From assembly GCA_020723485.1 (NCBI GenBank), contig DYIU01000004.1, forward strand, positions 27,057 through 91,056: DNA of 64,000 nt. The letters are read 5' to 3'. The notes beneath the pieces were generated by a model. The model was not told the DNA's origin. It did not search any database and was given only the letters and a program-made list of their open reading frames with translations. This stretch comes from Acidimicrobium ferrooxidans. GTDB lineage: Bacteria; Actinomycetota; Geothermincolia; Fen-727; Anoxymicrobiaceae. Both the position numbers and the translations under genes were made by a program. Shown piece by piece: positions 26,119-37,740 of the stretch (positions are counted from its first letter, which is position 1; each line of letters begins with the position of its first letter).

Positions 26119-27322
26119 TCCCAACCACCTCCTTGAGCCTGGCTGCAACCGCGGCTCCCAAACTGCGGCACGCGTCGAATCCGTCTTCATCGGGGACGTA
26201 GTTGATGTTCAGGGGGTCTGCGACCAGCTCGACCTTCATGTCGGCCAGGGCCTCGTTGACGAGCTTCGCCCCCTCGCCCGACCACCCGTACGAGCCGAAA
26301 GCGGCGCCGAGGAGGTTTTTCGGCTTCAAGCCCTTCAAGTAGGTCAGAACGTCCGCGACCGTGGGAAAGACCCCGTTGTTAAGAGTCGGTGTCCCGACGA
26401 GGAGTGCACCGGCGTCGAGCACCTGCGTCGCCACCGCGGCGCGGTCGCAGGCCTTGAGCGGCATCACCTCCACGGCAACGCCCTCGGCCTGCATCGCCTC
26501 ACCGATCACCCGGCCCATGAGGTCGGTGCTGCCCCACATCGTGTCGTAGACCACCACCGCCTTCTTCGTGGGCCTCTGCGCCGCCCACTCACCCCACAGG
26601 CCCAGGATGCGATCGCATCCCTTGCGCCAGATGGGGCCGTGGTCCGGGCAGATGAGGTCTATCTCGACGCCGAGGTTGCTCACTTTCTCGAGCAGCCTGG
26701 TCACCTGGTTGCTGTAGGGCAGGAGTATGTTCGCGTAGTACTTGGCCCCCTCCTCGAAGATGAGGCGGTCCTCCATCTGGTCCGCGAACCTGTCGCTCGT
26801 GGCCAGGTGCATGCCGAATCCGTCCTGGGAAAAGAGCAGCCTGTCGTCCGCCAGGTAGGTGATCATGCTGTCGGGCCAGTGCACCATGCGTGTCTCGAAG
26901 GAAGTGAAACTCAGGCCGCCCAGCTCGTAGGGCTCGGCGTCCTTTATGGGGATTATCTCCCTGTCCATGTGGTAGTGCGCGCCGAGCGCCTTCACCCCCA
27001 TGGGCGAGGCGAACACCTTTTCGGGCTCCACCGCCGCGAGGACGGCAGGAAGAGAGCCGGTGTGGTCAGGCTCGGAATGGTTCGAGATCAGGTAGCGGAT
27101 GCTCTTCAGGTCTGTGACGGAGGCCACACGCGACAGGAGCTCGTCCTTGTAGGCGGCCTTCACCGTGTCGATGAGGATGGGGTCGTCCCCCATCACCAGG
27201 TACGCGTTGTAGGTGGACCCGCGCCTGGTGCTGTACCCGTGGAAGTCGGTTATGCTCCAGTCGATGGCGCCGACCCAGTAGACGTGCTCGCTAACCTTTA
27301 CAGCTTCGAATGGACTGCTCAT
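26108..27322 (-). CDS. fprA: class A flavodiiron protein
   Basis: [36 protein letters not shown] and FGSYGWSGE. Confidence 0.93.
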   Translation of the reverse strand: MSSPFEAVKVSEHVYWVGAIDWSITDFHGYSTRRGSTYNAYLVMGDDPILIDTVKAAYKDELLSRVASVTDLKSIRYLISNHSEPDHTGSLPAVLAAVEPEKVFASPMGVKALGAHYHMDREIIPIKDAEPYELGGLSFTSFETRMVHWPDSMITYLADDRLLFSQDGFGMHLATSDRFADQMEDRLIFEEGAKYYANILLPYSNQVTRLLEKVSNLGVEIDLICPDHGPIWRKGCDRILGLWGEWAAQRPTKKAVVVYDTMWGSTDLMGRVIGEAMQAEGVAVEVMPLKACDRAAVATQVLDAGALLVGTPTLNNGVFPTVADVLTYLKGLKPKNLLGAAFGSYGWSGEGAKLVNEALADMKVELVADPLNINYVPDEDGFDACRSLGAAVAARLKEVVGSGS

Positions 27323-27341
27323 GATGGTCTCCCTCTCGGCA

Positions 27342-27827
27342 TCAGGTGCGCATGGCAAGCTCTCCGTCGAGCTTCTCGAGCTCCTCGGTCGAGTCCCCTG
27401 CCGACTTTATCATGTCGACGATCTTCTCCGCGGTCTCTTCCTCCTCGACCTGCTCGCTCACGAACCAGGCAAGGAACTCCTCGGTCTCGAGGTCACCCTC
27501 GCTCCTGGCCGTCTCGACCAGGCCGTTGATAAGGCCGGTGACCTTCCTCTCGTGCTCGAGCGCCGCCTCGAACGGACCCGGGACCCCGTCCCATTCAAAC
27601 GGCGGTGCGTCCACGGCCGCCAGCCGCACCCTGCCGTTCTCCGCGATGTAATCGAAGAACTTCATGGCGTGCGTGAGCTCCTCCAGCCTCTGCACCCGCA
27701 TCCAGCTCGCGAATCCCGGCATCCCTATCGACTCGTAGTATGCGGACATGGACAGGTACAGGTAGCCCGAGAATATCTCCGCGTTGAGCTGCCCGTTCAT
27801 GGCTTCCTGCATCTTCTCGGACAGCAC
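27342..27827 (-). CDS. ftnA: non-heme ferritin
   Basis: QLNAE..S.YLYLSM, EE..HAMKF, EHE..VT..I and WFV.EQVEEE. Confidence 0.9.
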   Translation of the reverse strand: MLSEKMQEAMNGQLNAEIFSGYLYLSMSAYYESIGMPGFASWMRVQRLEELTHAMKFFDYIAENGRVRLAAVDAPPFEWDGVPGPFEAALEHERKVTGLINGLVETARSEGDLETEEFLAWFVSEQVEEEETAEKIVDMIKSAGDSTEELEKLDGELAMRT

Positions 27828-27833
27828 GGTCCG

Positions 27834-28208
27834 TCACGCCTTCCAGAGCCCGTGGAGGTTGCAGTGCTCGCGGGCGGTGACGTCCGTCCTGTCGAGCCCG
27901 AACAACGCCTGGGGCTCGTCTCCCGCCTGGAGGAAGGCCACGTGGATGACCTCGCCGTCGATGACCTCTATCCACTCTATGTGGTGCTCCTCGACCATCG
28001 GGTGAGCCACGCTGCCCACCTTGACCAGTATGCCGCCGTCAACCTTCTCGATCACCGGGACGTGCTTCTCCACCGCGGCGTCGACGGTATTCTCCTCGAG
28101 AAGCTTCATGGGCTCGCCGCAGCAGACGAGGGCTCCCTTTCCGCCCCGGAACGTCTCTACTATGTTCCCGCACTTCTCGCACTCGTAGACCTGCAGTCTC
28201 TCCGCCAT
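27834..28208 (-). CDS. dfx: desulfoferrodoxin (2Fe superoxide reductase)
   Basis: CEKCGN...CCGEPM, EKHVP, HPM..EH.I and CNLHGLW. Confidence 0.95.
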   Translation of the reverse strand: MAERLQVYECEKCGNIVETFRGGKGALVCCGEPMKLLEENTVDAAVEKHVPVIEKVDGGILVKVGSVAHPMVEEHHIEWIEVIDGEVIHVAFLQAGDEPQALFGLDRTDVTAREHCNLHGLWKA

Positions 28209-28327
28209 TCCTTACTCCCCCTTCTTCCATCGGCCCGCCGCCGTTCACAGGCGCGCACCTTCGATTCCTTCGAACGCCTTGCGCGCCGGGTCAGCATGAG
28301 ATTTCGACGGCCGTGCCTGTTTTCCTA

Positions 28328-28903
28328 TTACCAGTTCTCGGCCAGGAGCTCGAAGTAGTCCCTGGCGTGGGCGCACGCGGGGCAGGAGGAGGGCGCCTCG
28401 ACACCCTCGTGCAGGTAGCCGCAGTTGCGGCAGCGCCAGACTACCGGCTCGCCCTTCTTGAAGACGGTCCCGGCCTCCACGTTCGCGAGAAGGCCCAGGT
28501 AACGCTTCTCGTGCTGCTTCTCAGCGACCGAGATCCTCTCCCATACTATCGCTACCTCATCGAAGCCCTCCTCGCGCGCGACCCTGGCGAAGCCCGGGTA
28601 CATCTCGCTCCACTCGTAGTTCTCGCCGGCCGCAGCTGCGTTGAGGTTCTCCGCCGTCGTTCCTGTCACGCCCGAGGGGAACGAGGCCGCCACCTCGGCG
28701 CTCCCGCCAGGGAGGAACTTGAAGAACCGCTTGGCGTGCTCCCTCTCCTGGTCCGCGGTCTCCTCGAAGATGTCAGCGATCTGCACGAAACCGTCTTCGC
28801 GGGCCCTGGAAGCGAAATAGGTGTAGCGGTTTCTCGCCTGAGATTCCCCGGCGAACGAGGTTATGAGGTTGGTCTCGGTCCGTGAGCCTTTCAACTCGGC
28901 CAT
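28328..28903 (-). CDS. rbr: rubrerythrin
   Basis: FAGESQARNRY, E.EHAK, GE.YE, AEK.HE and WRCRNCGY...CPAC.H. Confidence 0.95.
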   Translation of the reverse strand: MAELKGSRTETNLITSFAGESQARNRYTYFASRAREDGFVQIADIFEETADQEREHAKRFFKFLPGGSAEVAASFPSGVTGTTAENLNAAAAGENYEWSEMYPGFARVAREEGFDEVAIVWERISVAEKQHEKRYLGLLANVEAGTVFKKGEPVVWRCRNCGYLHEGVEAPSSCPACAHARDYFELLAENW

Positions 28904-28921
28904 ACAGCCTCCTTAGGTTTT

Positions 28922-28936
28922 GGACAATAGTTATCA
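28922..28936 (-). promoter_or_regulatory. Fur/PerR-like box upstream of rbr
   Basis: Minus strand TGATAAC-T-ATTGTCC versus the 7-1-7 consensus TGATAAT-N-ATTATCA (3 mismatches). Confidence 0.5.
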
Positions 28937-28950
28937 CGAGGGGAATGCGT

Positions 28951-29754
28951 TCAACATTGCGCCCGGTCAATCCCTGACAGAAAACTCTCGAAGGACGCGT
29001 CGTCCCGTATCCCCAAGCGCGTCAGGGCAAAATCGTATCGCACGGGGTCGGCCGGTACAATGCCGCGGAAACCGGACGTTATCTCGAGGGAGGCTTTGAG
29101 GTCGGGGCTGCGGCGCGAGGTAAAGCCCAGCGCGAGGCCGGCCCTGTACATGTGGGTGTCGAGAGGGACGATGAGCTTCGAGCGTGACACGCCGCGCCAG
29201 CCCCCCGGGTCCACCTCGTCCTTCCTCACCAGCCATCGCAGGAACAGGTTCAGCCGCTTGCACGCGCTCCCCCTCGCCGGGTGGGGCAGCAGGAATAGGC
29301 AAGGGCGTCCCGAAAAGCCCTCCAGCGCCGAGGAGAACGCCCCGAGCGCGCCGAGCACGGTCTCGTCCGTGCCCCTGAGGCCGGATGTGAAGCACGCGTT
29401 GAGAGAGCCGTATTCCCCGAGGGCGTGTTTCACGCCCACCATGAGACCGCCAAGCTCCTCGCCTGTGGTGAAGCGGTGCTTGAACCCCGGGAAGGCCTTC
29501 TTCAGGGCCGTGTCGCTCGACCCGGTGACGAACTCGTGCGGAGAGCGGCCCATCTCGCCGAGCACCGACTCCACGCTCCGCAGGATCAGTGCCACCTTCC
29601 CGTAGGCAAGGCAAGAGGCGACCAGCGCCGCCACCTCGCGGTCGCGGGCAAGGCGGTAGCGGTACAGGAACTCGAGCGGGTCCGGGTGCACGAACTCGGG
29701 GTGGTTATACCTCTCGTATTGTTCTTCCAGAAGCTCGCGTATTCCCCGCCCCAG
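28951..29754 (-). CDS. TIGR02757/DUF2400-like protein (HhH-GPD-related); start codon uncertain
   Basis: HPDPLEF, D.E..AL....LAYG, FKHRF, SACKRLNLFLRWLVR.D.VDPG.W, PLDTH and DPVRYDFAL; family-like sequence extends upstream of the GTG at 29691. Confidence 0.8.
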   Translation of the reverse strand: MGRGIRELLEEQYERYNHPEFVHPDPLEFLYRYRLARDREVAALVASCLAYGKVALILRSVESVLGEMGRSPHEFVTGSSDTALKKAFPGFKHRFTTGEELGGLMVGVKHALGEYGSLNACFTSGLRGTDETVLGALGAFSSALEGFSGRPCLFLLPHPARGSACKRLNLFLRWLVRKDEVDPGGWRGVSRSKLIVPLDTHMYRAGLALGFTSRRSPDLKASLEITSGFRGIVPADPVRYDFALTRLGIRDDASFESFLSGIDRAQC

Positions 29755-29757
29755 CTG

Positions 29758-30051
29758 TCAGCCTTCCTCCATCTCGGTGAGGTCGCCCTCCGTGAACAGG
29801 TAATCTTTCAGTTCCTTCGAGAGCGCCTCGTCCCGCCTCCTCAGCCACTCGAGGAGCATCGAGGCGTGCTCCTTCTCCTCGTCGCGGTTGTGGGCAAGTA
29901 TGGCCGCCAGCTCGGCATCCTTTGTGGCGACGACCCTCTGGTGGTACCAGTCTACGGCCTGCAGCTCCTCGATCATCGAGACTATGGCACGGTGGTAGTC
30001 GCGCGCCTCCTCGGGGATGAGGTCCACGGGCTCGTGGTAAGCTTCAGCCAT
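29758..30051 (-). CDS. encapsulin-associated ferritin-like protein (EncFtn/Flp type)
   Basis: YHEP...HRAI.S..EEL.AVDWY.QR...ILAHNRDEEKEHA.M.LEWLRR...L..YLFT. Confidence 0.88.
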   Translation of the reverse strand: MAEAYHEPVDLIPEEARDYHRAIVSMIEELQAVDWYHQRVVATKDAELAAILAHNRDEEKEHASMLLEWLRRRDEALSKELKDYLFTEGDLTEMEEG

Positions 30052-30130
30052 GACTCCCTCCTGACATGCGGCCTTCAGCAAATCGGACAAGCACTAGATT
30101 AGCCGCGCGGCAGGGGAATCCTGCCGGGTG

Positions 30131-31318
30131 TCAGTCTTCGATGTAGTCGCGGAGGCGCCCGCTGCGGGAGGGGTGGCGGAGCTTTGAGAGCGTCTTAGAC
30201 TCTATCTGCCGGATGCGCTCGCGGGTGACCCCGAAGACCCGGCCGACCTCCTCGAGCGTGCGCGGCTGACCGTCCAGCAGCCCGAACCGCAGCTGGATGA
30301 CCCGCTTCTCGCGGGTGTTGAGGTCGTCGAGGACCTCCTCGAGCTGCTCCTGCAGCAGCTTGAACGCGGCCGCGTCAACCGGCACAACGGCGCCGGAGTC
30401 CTCGATGAAGTCGCCAAGGTGGCTGTCCTCCTCCTCACCGATGGGGGTCTCGAGGGACACAGGCTCCTGGCTCACCTTCAGTATCTCGCGGACCTTCTCC
30501 GGTGAGAGCTCCATCTCGTCGGCTATCTCCTCGGGGAGCGGCTCGCGGCCCAGGTCCTGCAGGAGCTGCCGCTGCACGCGGACCAGCTTGTTGATGGTCT
30601 CCACCATATGGACGGGGATGCGGATGGTGCGCGCCTGGTCTGCGATGGCGCGGGTAATGGCCTGCCTTATCCACCACGTCGCGTACGTGCTGAACTTGTA
30701 TCCCTTGCCGTGGTCGAACTTCTCGACCGCGCGGATGAGGCCGAGGTTGCCCTCCTGGATGAGGTCCAGGAACAGCATCCCGCGGCCGACGTAGCGCTTT
30801 GCGATGCTCACCACGAGCCTCAGGTTGGCCTCGACCAGCTTCTTCTTGGCCTCGAGGCCGTCGGCCTCGACGAACTGCAGCCGCGATACCTCGTCCTTGC
30901 TCAGCTTCTCCTCGGAAGCAAGACGCGCCGACGCGGCCTCCCCGGCCTCTATCCTCTTTGCGAGCGAGACCTCTTCCTCGGCGGTGAGCAGGGGAACCTT
31001 GCCGATCTCCTTGAGGTACATCCGGACCGGGTCGTTGGTGGCGGGCTGCACGGAGAGGTCCAGCTCCTCGCCGCCGCCCTTCTCTCCCTCCTTGCGCTCC
31101 TCCTCCATCTCCTCCTTGATCTCGTCAACCGCTTCGTCGGTTATCTCTATGCCGAGGTCCGAGAGGTAGACGAAGACGCTGTCGACCTGGTCGGGAGTGA
31201 GCTCGACCGTCTTCAGCCTCTCCACTATTTCGTCTGTGCTCAGCGAGCCGCGCTCCTGGCCCACCGCGGCCAGTTCGCGCACCTCATCTATGTCGAGGTC
31301 TTTCCAGTCTTCTGCCAT
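30131..31318 (-). CDS. rpoD: RNA polymerase primary sigma factor
   Basis: [36 protein letters not shown] and [10 protein letters not shown]. Confidence 0.97.
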   Translation of the reverse strand: MAEDWKDLDIDEVRELAAVGQERGSLSTDEIVERLKTVELTPDQVDSVFVYLSDLGIEITDEAVDEIKEEMEEERKEGEKGGGEELDLSVQPATNDPVRMYLKEIGKVPLLTAEEEVSLAKRIEAGEAASARLASEEKLSKDEVSRLQFVEADGLEAKKKLVEANLRLVVSIAKRYVGRGMLFLDLIQEGNLGLIRAVEKFDHGKGYKFSTYATWWIRQAITRAIADQARTIRIPVHMVETINKLVRVQRQLLQDLGREPLPEEIADEMELSPEKVREILKVSQEPVSLETPIGEEEDSHLGDFIEDSGAVVPVDAAAFKLLQEQLEEVLDDLNTREKRVIQLRFGLLDGQPRTLEEVGRVFGVTRERIRQIESKTLSKLRHPSRSGRLRDYIED

Positions 31319-31361
31319 CTACCAGATATCACCGCCTCGCGGGCCTCCTCGAGGCCCGGCG

Positions 31362-33209
31362 CTAGTCACGGTCAAAGGGGAACTGCTCCCGGATCACCTG
31401 CTGGATCTCCAGGAGACGGGCGCACAGCGCCTCGTATTTCTTCGGCTCCAACCTGGGGTTTACCTTGCTTACTTCGATCTCGAGCTGCTGTTTCTCTCTC
31501 TTGAAGAAATTCAACTTGAGTGTCTCGAAGACCTTATTCTCGTAGCCGGGACTGCCTTCGGGGGGCGCCTCCACGAGGAGGCGTGTCACTTTGCCGCGCA
31601 GTGTGTCGTCCAACCGTTCGAGCATGCCCCTGACAAAGCTATCAAATTCGGCCTGTAAACCTTCTTCGTCACCGGCCGGGAATTCCTTTAACATCTCGAA
31701 TATTTTTTTGTTCCCGGCGTCGGTGAAGTAGTCGGAGTCAAGGTACATCTGCTCGTGAAGCGAGTTCGGATCGTGCAGGAGGACCTGGAGGGCCTCGTTT
31801 TCTACCTTGTCCCACATCCCCGCCGCGCGAGCGCCCTCGGGCCTTCTCTCCGCGGCGCCGGAGGAGGCCCTGGGCTTTGCCGCCTGGCGCATGTACACCT
31901 GGACCGTCTCTTCGGGCATGTCCAGCATGCCCCCGACCTTGCGGACCAGGTCGTTGCGCACCGGCATGAACTCGTCCGCCGAGACCCGCGCGATCACGGG
32001 CGCGCAGGCGGCCATCGCCCGCTGGCGTCCCATCGGCGTCGTGGTGTCGCATCCCTCGATTATCTTCTTCACGGAGAAGTCGAGGAGGTTCTCCGCGGCC
32101 CCCATGTGCCCGGCGAAAGCCCCTGCCCCGCCCTTCTCCACCAGGCTCGCCGGGTCCTCTCCCTCGGGCAGGCTCACCACGAAGACCTCCATGCGGAACC
32201 TGTTCCAGAACTCGAGCGCCCTGCGGGCGGCGTCCGTCCCCGCCCTGTCGGCGTCGAACGCCAGGTACACGTTGTCGCAGACCCTGGCCAGGAGGTCGAA
32301 GTGGTTCTCGGTGAGTGCCGTCCCCAGCGTCGCGACCACCTCGGCTATGCCCGCCTGGCGCAGCGCCAACAGGTCGGTGTAACCCTCGACCACGACCGCC
32401 CGCCGCGCCTCGGAGATGGCCTGGCGCGCCTGGTAGTACCCGTAGAGCGTGTGGCCCTTGCGATAGATAGGGGTCTCCGGCGAGTTGAGGTACTTGGGCT
32501 CGTCAGCGGAAGACTGCCCGGGAAGCTTTCGCCCGCCGAACGCGACCACGCGCCCGCGGTGGTCCATTATCGGGAACACCACCCGGTTCCTGAAGATGTC
32601 GTATATCCCCCTGCCCTGGCCGCCCGAGCGCTCGCGCGCGAGCCCCACCGTCACAATGTCCTTCTCGGCGAAACCCTTCTTGCCCAGGAACCCGGCCAGG
32701 TTCTCCCACCCCGGGGGGGCGAACCCGAGCTTGAACTCGTCTATTATCCGGCTCTCGAAGCCCCTGCCGGAGAGGTAGTCACGCGCGCCACCAGCGCCCT
32801 CCGTCTCCTTGAGCAGGTAATGGTAGTAGTCCGCCGAGGTCTGGTTGAGCTTGAAGAGGCGGTCCTTCTCCAGGCGGCCTTTCATCTCGGCTTCGCTGGA
32901 AGCCTCGTACGTCAGCTGCACACCGATGCGGTCTGCCAGCCGCTCGACGGCGTCCGCGAACGAGAGGCCGTCGGCCTTCATGACGAAATCGAAGGCGTTG
33001 CCGCCCACCTTGCAGCCGAAGCAGTGGAAGACGGCCTTGGAGGGGTCGACGTAGAACGACGGGTCCTTTTCCTTGTGGAACGGGCAGGGACCCCGGAACT
33101 GCCGGCCCGACTTCTTGAGAGGGATGTACTCGGAGATCAGCTGCACTATGTCGGTGCGGTCGCGCACCGTCTCGATGTCCGACTGTCTTATCCGCCCGCC
33201 GGGCGCCAC
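31362..33209 (-). CDS. dnaG: DNA primase
   Basis: CPFH.EKDPSF...CFGC zinc finger, PKYLNSPET, VEGY.D, FDADRAG and GEDP; GTG at 33209. Confidence 0.96.
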   Translation of the reverse strand: MAPGGRIRQSDIETVRDRTDIVQLISEYIPLKKSGRQFRGPCPFHKEKDPSFYVDPSKAVFHCFGCKVGGNAFDFVMKADGLSFADAVERLADRIGVQLTYEASSEAEMKGRLEKDRLFKLNQTSADYYHYLLKETEGAGGARDYLSGRGFESRIIDEFKLGFAPPGWENLAGFLGKKGFAEKDIVTVGLARERSGGQGRGIYDIFRNRVVFPIMDHRGRVVAFGGRKLPGQSSADEPKYLNSPETPIYRKGHTLYGYYQARQAISEARRAVVVEGYTDLLALRQAGIAEVVATLGTALTENHFDLLARVCDNVYLAFDADRAGTDAARRALEFWNRFRMEVFVVSLPEGEDPASLVEKGGAGAFAGHMGAAENLLDFSVKKIIEGCDTTTPMGRQRAMAACAPVIARVSADEFMPVRNDLVRKVGGMLDMPEETVQVYMRQAAKPRASSGAAERRPEGARAAGMWDKVENEALQVLLHDPNSLHEQMYLDSDYFTDAGNKKIFEMLKEFPAGDEEGLQAEFDSFVRGMLERLDDTLRGKVTRLLVEAPPEGSPGYENKVFETLKLNFFKREKQQLEIEVSKVNPRLEPKKYEALCARLLEIQQVIREQFPFDRD

Positions 33210-33228
33210 ATAAACCTCACTTAAATCC

Positions 33229-33279
33229 GGGGTCAGGCCGCGAGTCAAGCCCGGCGGGCTCAACTCGCAGCCTGACCCC
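33229..33279. repeat. GGGGTCAG-family palindrome
   Basis: GGGGTCAGGCCGCGAGTCAAGCCC-GGC-GGGCTCAACTCGCAGCCTGACCCC, abutting the dgt TAG. Confidence 0.85.
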
Positions 33280-34284
33280 CTATCCCATCCAGGAGCGCGG
33301 GAGGAAATATTCCCCGTACTTCGTCAGTGCGTAGCGGTCCGTCATGCCCGCCACGTAATCGCACACCTTCGTCGCAAGGTCCTCGCCGTTTCTTGGACGG
33401 AACTCGTCAGGCATCTGTTCCGGGTTGGCCATGTAGTACTCGGCGAGCGACTGAAGGACGCGGACCGCCTTATCCTCTTCCGTCTTCGCTATCGACCCGA
33501 TGTAAACCTGGTCGAAGAGGAAGTCGCGCAGCTCGTTCATGAGGGCGCTTACCTCCTCGCTCATCTGTATCGTGTCCGAGTCCAGGCTGCTCGAGACCAT
33601 GTCGTGGGCCAGCGCGTCAATCCTGTGGCTGGGGTACTGCCCCAGCACCCTCATGGGTTCTGATGGAAGGTCCTCCATGCGTAGCAGGCCTGCCCGGAGC
33701 GCGTCGTCGATGTCGTGGTTGATATACGCTATGCGGTCGGCCGTCCGGACAATCTGGCCCTCCAGGGTGGCGGGCATCTCTTCGCCGGAGTGGTTCAGTA
33801 TCCCGTCGCGGACCTCCCAGGTGAGGTTCAGGCCCCTTCCCTCGTACTCGAGCACCTCCACCACCCTGAGGCTCTGCACGTTGTGCCGGAACTCGGTCCC
33901 GGCGGGCATGAACATGGAAAGGGCGTTCTCCCCGATATGCCCGAACGGGGTGTGCCCGAGGTCGTGTCCCAGGGCGATGGCCTCGGTCAGGTCCTCGTTC
34001 AGCCGCAGCGCCCTGGCGATGGTGCGGGATATCTGCGCGACCTCCATGGTATGGGTGAGCCTGGTGCGGTAGTGGTCGCCCTCCGGCGCAAGGAAGACCT
34101 GTGTCTTGTGCTTAAGGCGCCGGAAAGACTTGCAGTGGATGATGCGGTCGCGGTCGCGCTGGTACTCGGTGCGGATGCTGCAGGGCTCCTCCGGCCTCTC
34201 CCTGCCGCGCGTCTCTGCCACGAGCGCCGCCCGCGGCGACAGGGTGCGCCGCTCGAGCTCCTCGGTCTCCTCCCGGATGGTCAT
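33280..34284 (-). CDS. dgt: deoxyguanosinetriphosphate triphosphohydrolase-like HD protein
   Basis: QRDRDRI, FRRLKHKTQVF, RTRLTH, GHDLGHTPFGH and DYVAGMTD. Confidence 0.93.
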   Translation of the reverse strand: MTIREETEELERRTLSPRAALVAETRGRERPEEPCSIRTEYQRDRDRIIHCKSFRRLKHKTQVFLAPEGDHYRTRLTHTMEVAQISRTIARALRLNEDLTEAIALGHDLGHTPFGHIGENALSMFMPAGTEFRHNVQSLRVVEVLEYEGRGLNLTWEVRDGILNHSGEEMPATLEGQIVRTADRIAYINHDIDDALRAGLLRMEDLPSEPMRVLGQYPSHRIDALAHDMVSSSLDSDTIQMSEEVSALMNELRDFLFDQVYIGSIAKTEEDKAVRVLQSLAEYYMANPEQMPDEFRPRNGEDLATKVCDYVAGMTDRYALTKYGEYFLPRSWMG

Positions 34285-34859
34285 CGCTCCGCCGCCTCCA
34301 CAAGGCCCTCGGCCATCACCTTCGCGCGCTCCAGGGCCGCGGCGTCCTCGGAAGCCGGCCGCTGGGCGCACACCCCCTGGTGGCCCGGCCCTGAGGCCTT
34401 CGAGGCGTCCCCGATAATCCTCATGCCGTGCACTAGCAGGATGTCATGTATCGCGCGCACCGTCGTCTCCTGGCCGCCAAACCTCCCGGCGCCGACGCTC
34501 AGCGCACCTGCGGGCTTGTTCAAAAGGGCTCTCTCGCCCCTTATGTTCCGGCTCTTGTCCCAGAACGACTTGAGCTGCCCGCTCACCGTACCGAAGTAGA
34601 CCGGGCTGCCGACCACCAGGGCGTCACAGTCCCGTAGCAGGTCGTAGGCGTCGGCGAGCGCCGGCTCCTGGTGGCAGGTCTCCGGGCACGGGGTCGCGCA
34701 GGCCGCGCAGTAGGCGTTCTCCTGGCCCTCGAGCGCGTCCATCACGTGGATGACCTCCGTCCGCGCGCCGAGCTCCGCGCACCGTGACAGCACCGCGTTC
34801 AGAAGGAAAGCCGTGCTGCCTGCGCGGTCAGGGGAGCCGTTGATTCCTACGATGAGCAT
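34281..34859 (-). CDS. iron-sulfur flavoprotein / flavodoxin family
   Basis: INGSP..GST, CAAC...C...C, GSPVYFG and GR.GGQETT. Confidence 0.88.
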   Translation of the reverse strand: MLIVGINGSPDRAGSTAFLLNAVLSRCAELGARTEVIHVMDALEGQENAYCAACATPCPETCHQEPALADAYDLLRDCDALVVGSPVYFGTVSGQLKSFWDKSRNIRGERALLNKPAGALSVGAGRFGGQETTVRAIHDILLVHGMRIIGDASKASGPGHQGVCAQRPASEDAAALERAKVMAEGLVEAAER

Positions 34860-34878
34860 TTCGACCACCTCATATTCC

Positions 34879-34960
34879 GGCGTCACGTCTTATTCTATGA
34901 CCGCGTTGCCACAATCCGGGGCATGCCGGTCGCCCCGGTCATAGAATAAGACGTGACCCC
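34879..34960. repeat. GGGGTCA-family palindrome with 25-bp arms
   Basis: GGCGTCACGTCTTATTCTATGACCG / CGGTCATAGAATAAGACGTGACCCC (1 mismatch). Confidence 0.85.
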
Positions 34961-34963
34961 CAA

Positions 34964-37675
<2,712 letters not shown>

Positions 37676-37740
37676 TACACTCCCTCCTTGTGACAGTGAC
37701 TGTCGCCTGACAGGTGTATACCCTTTCGCCCCCCGGCGGC

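Noticed and set aside
29720..29760. Definite SECIS/selenoprotein call at the ferritin TGA
   Set aside because: No convincing SECIS hairpin by eye and no Cys-equivalent position; kept only as one hypothesis in the findings.
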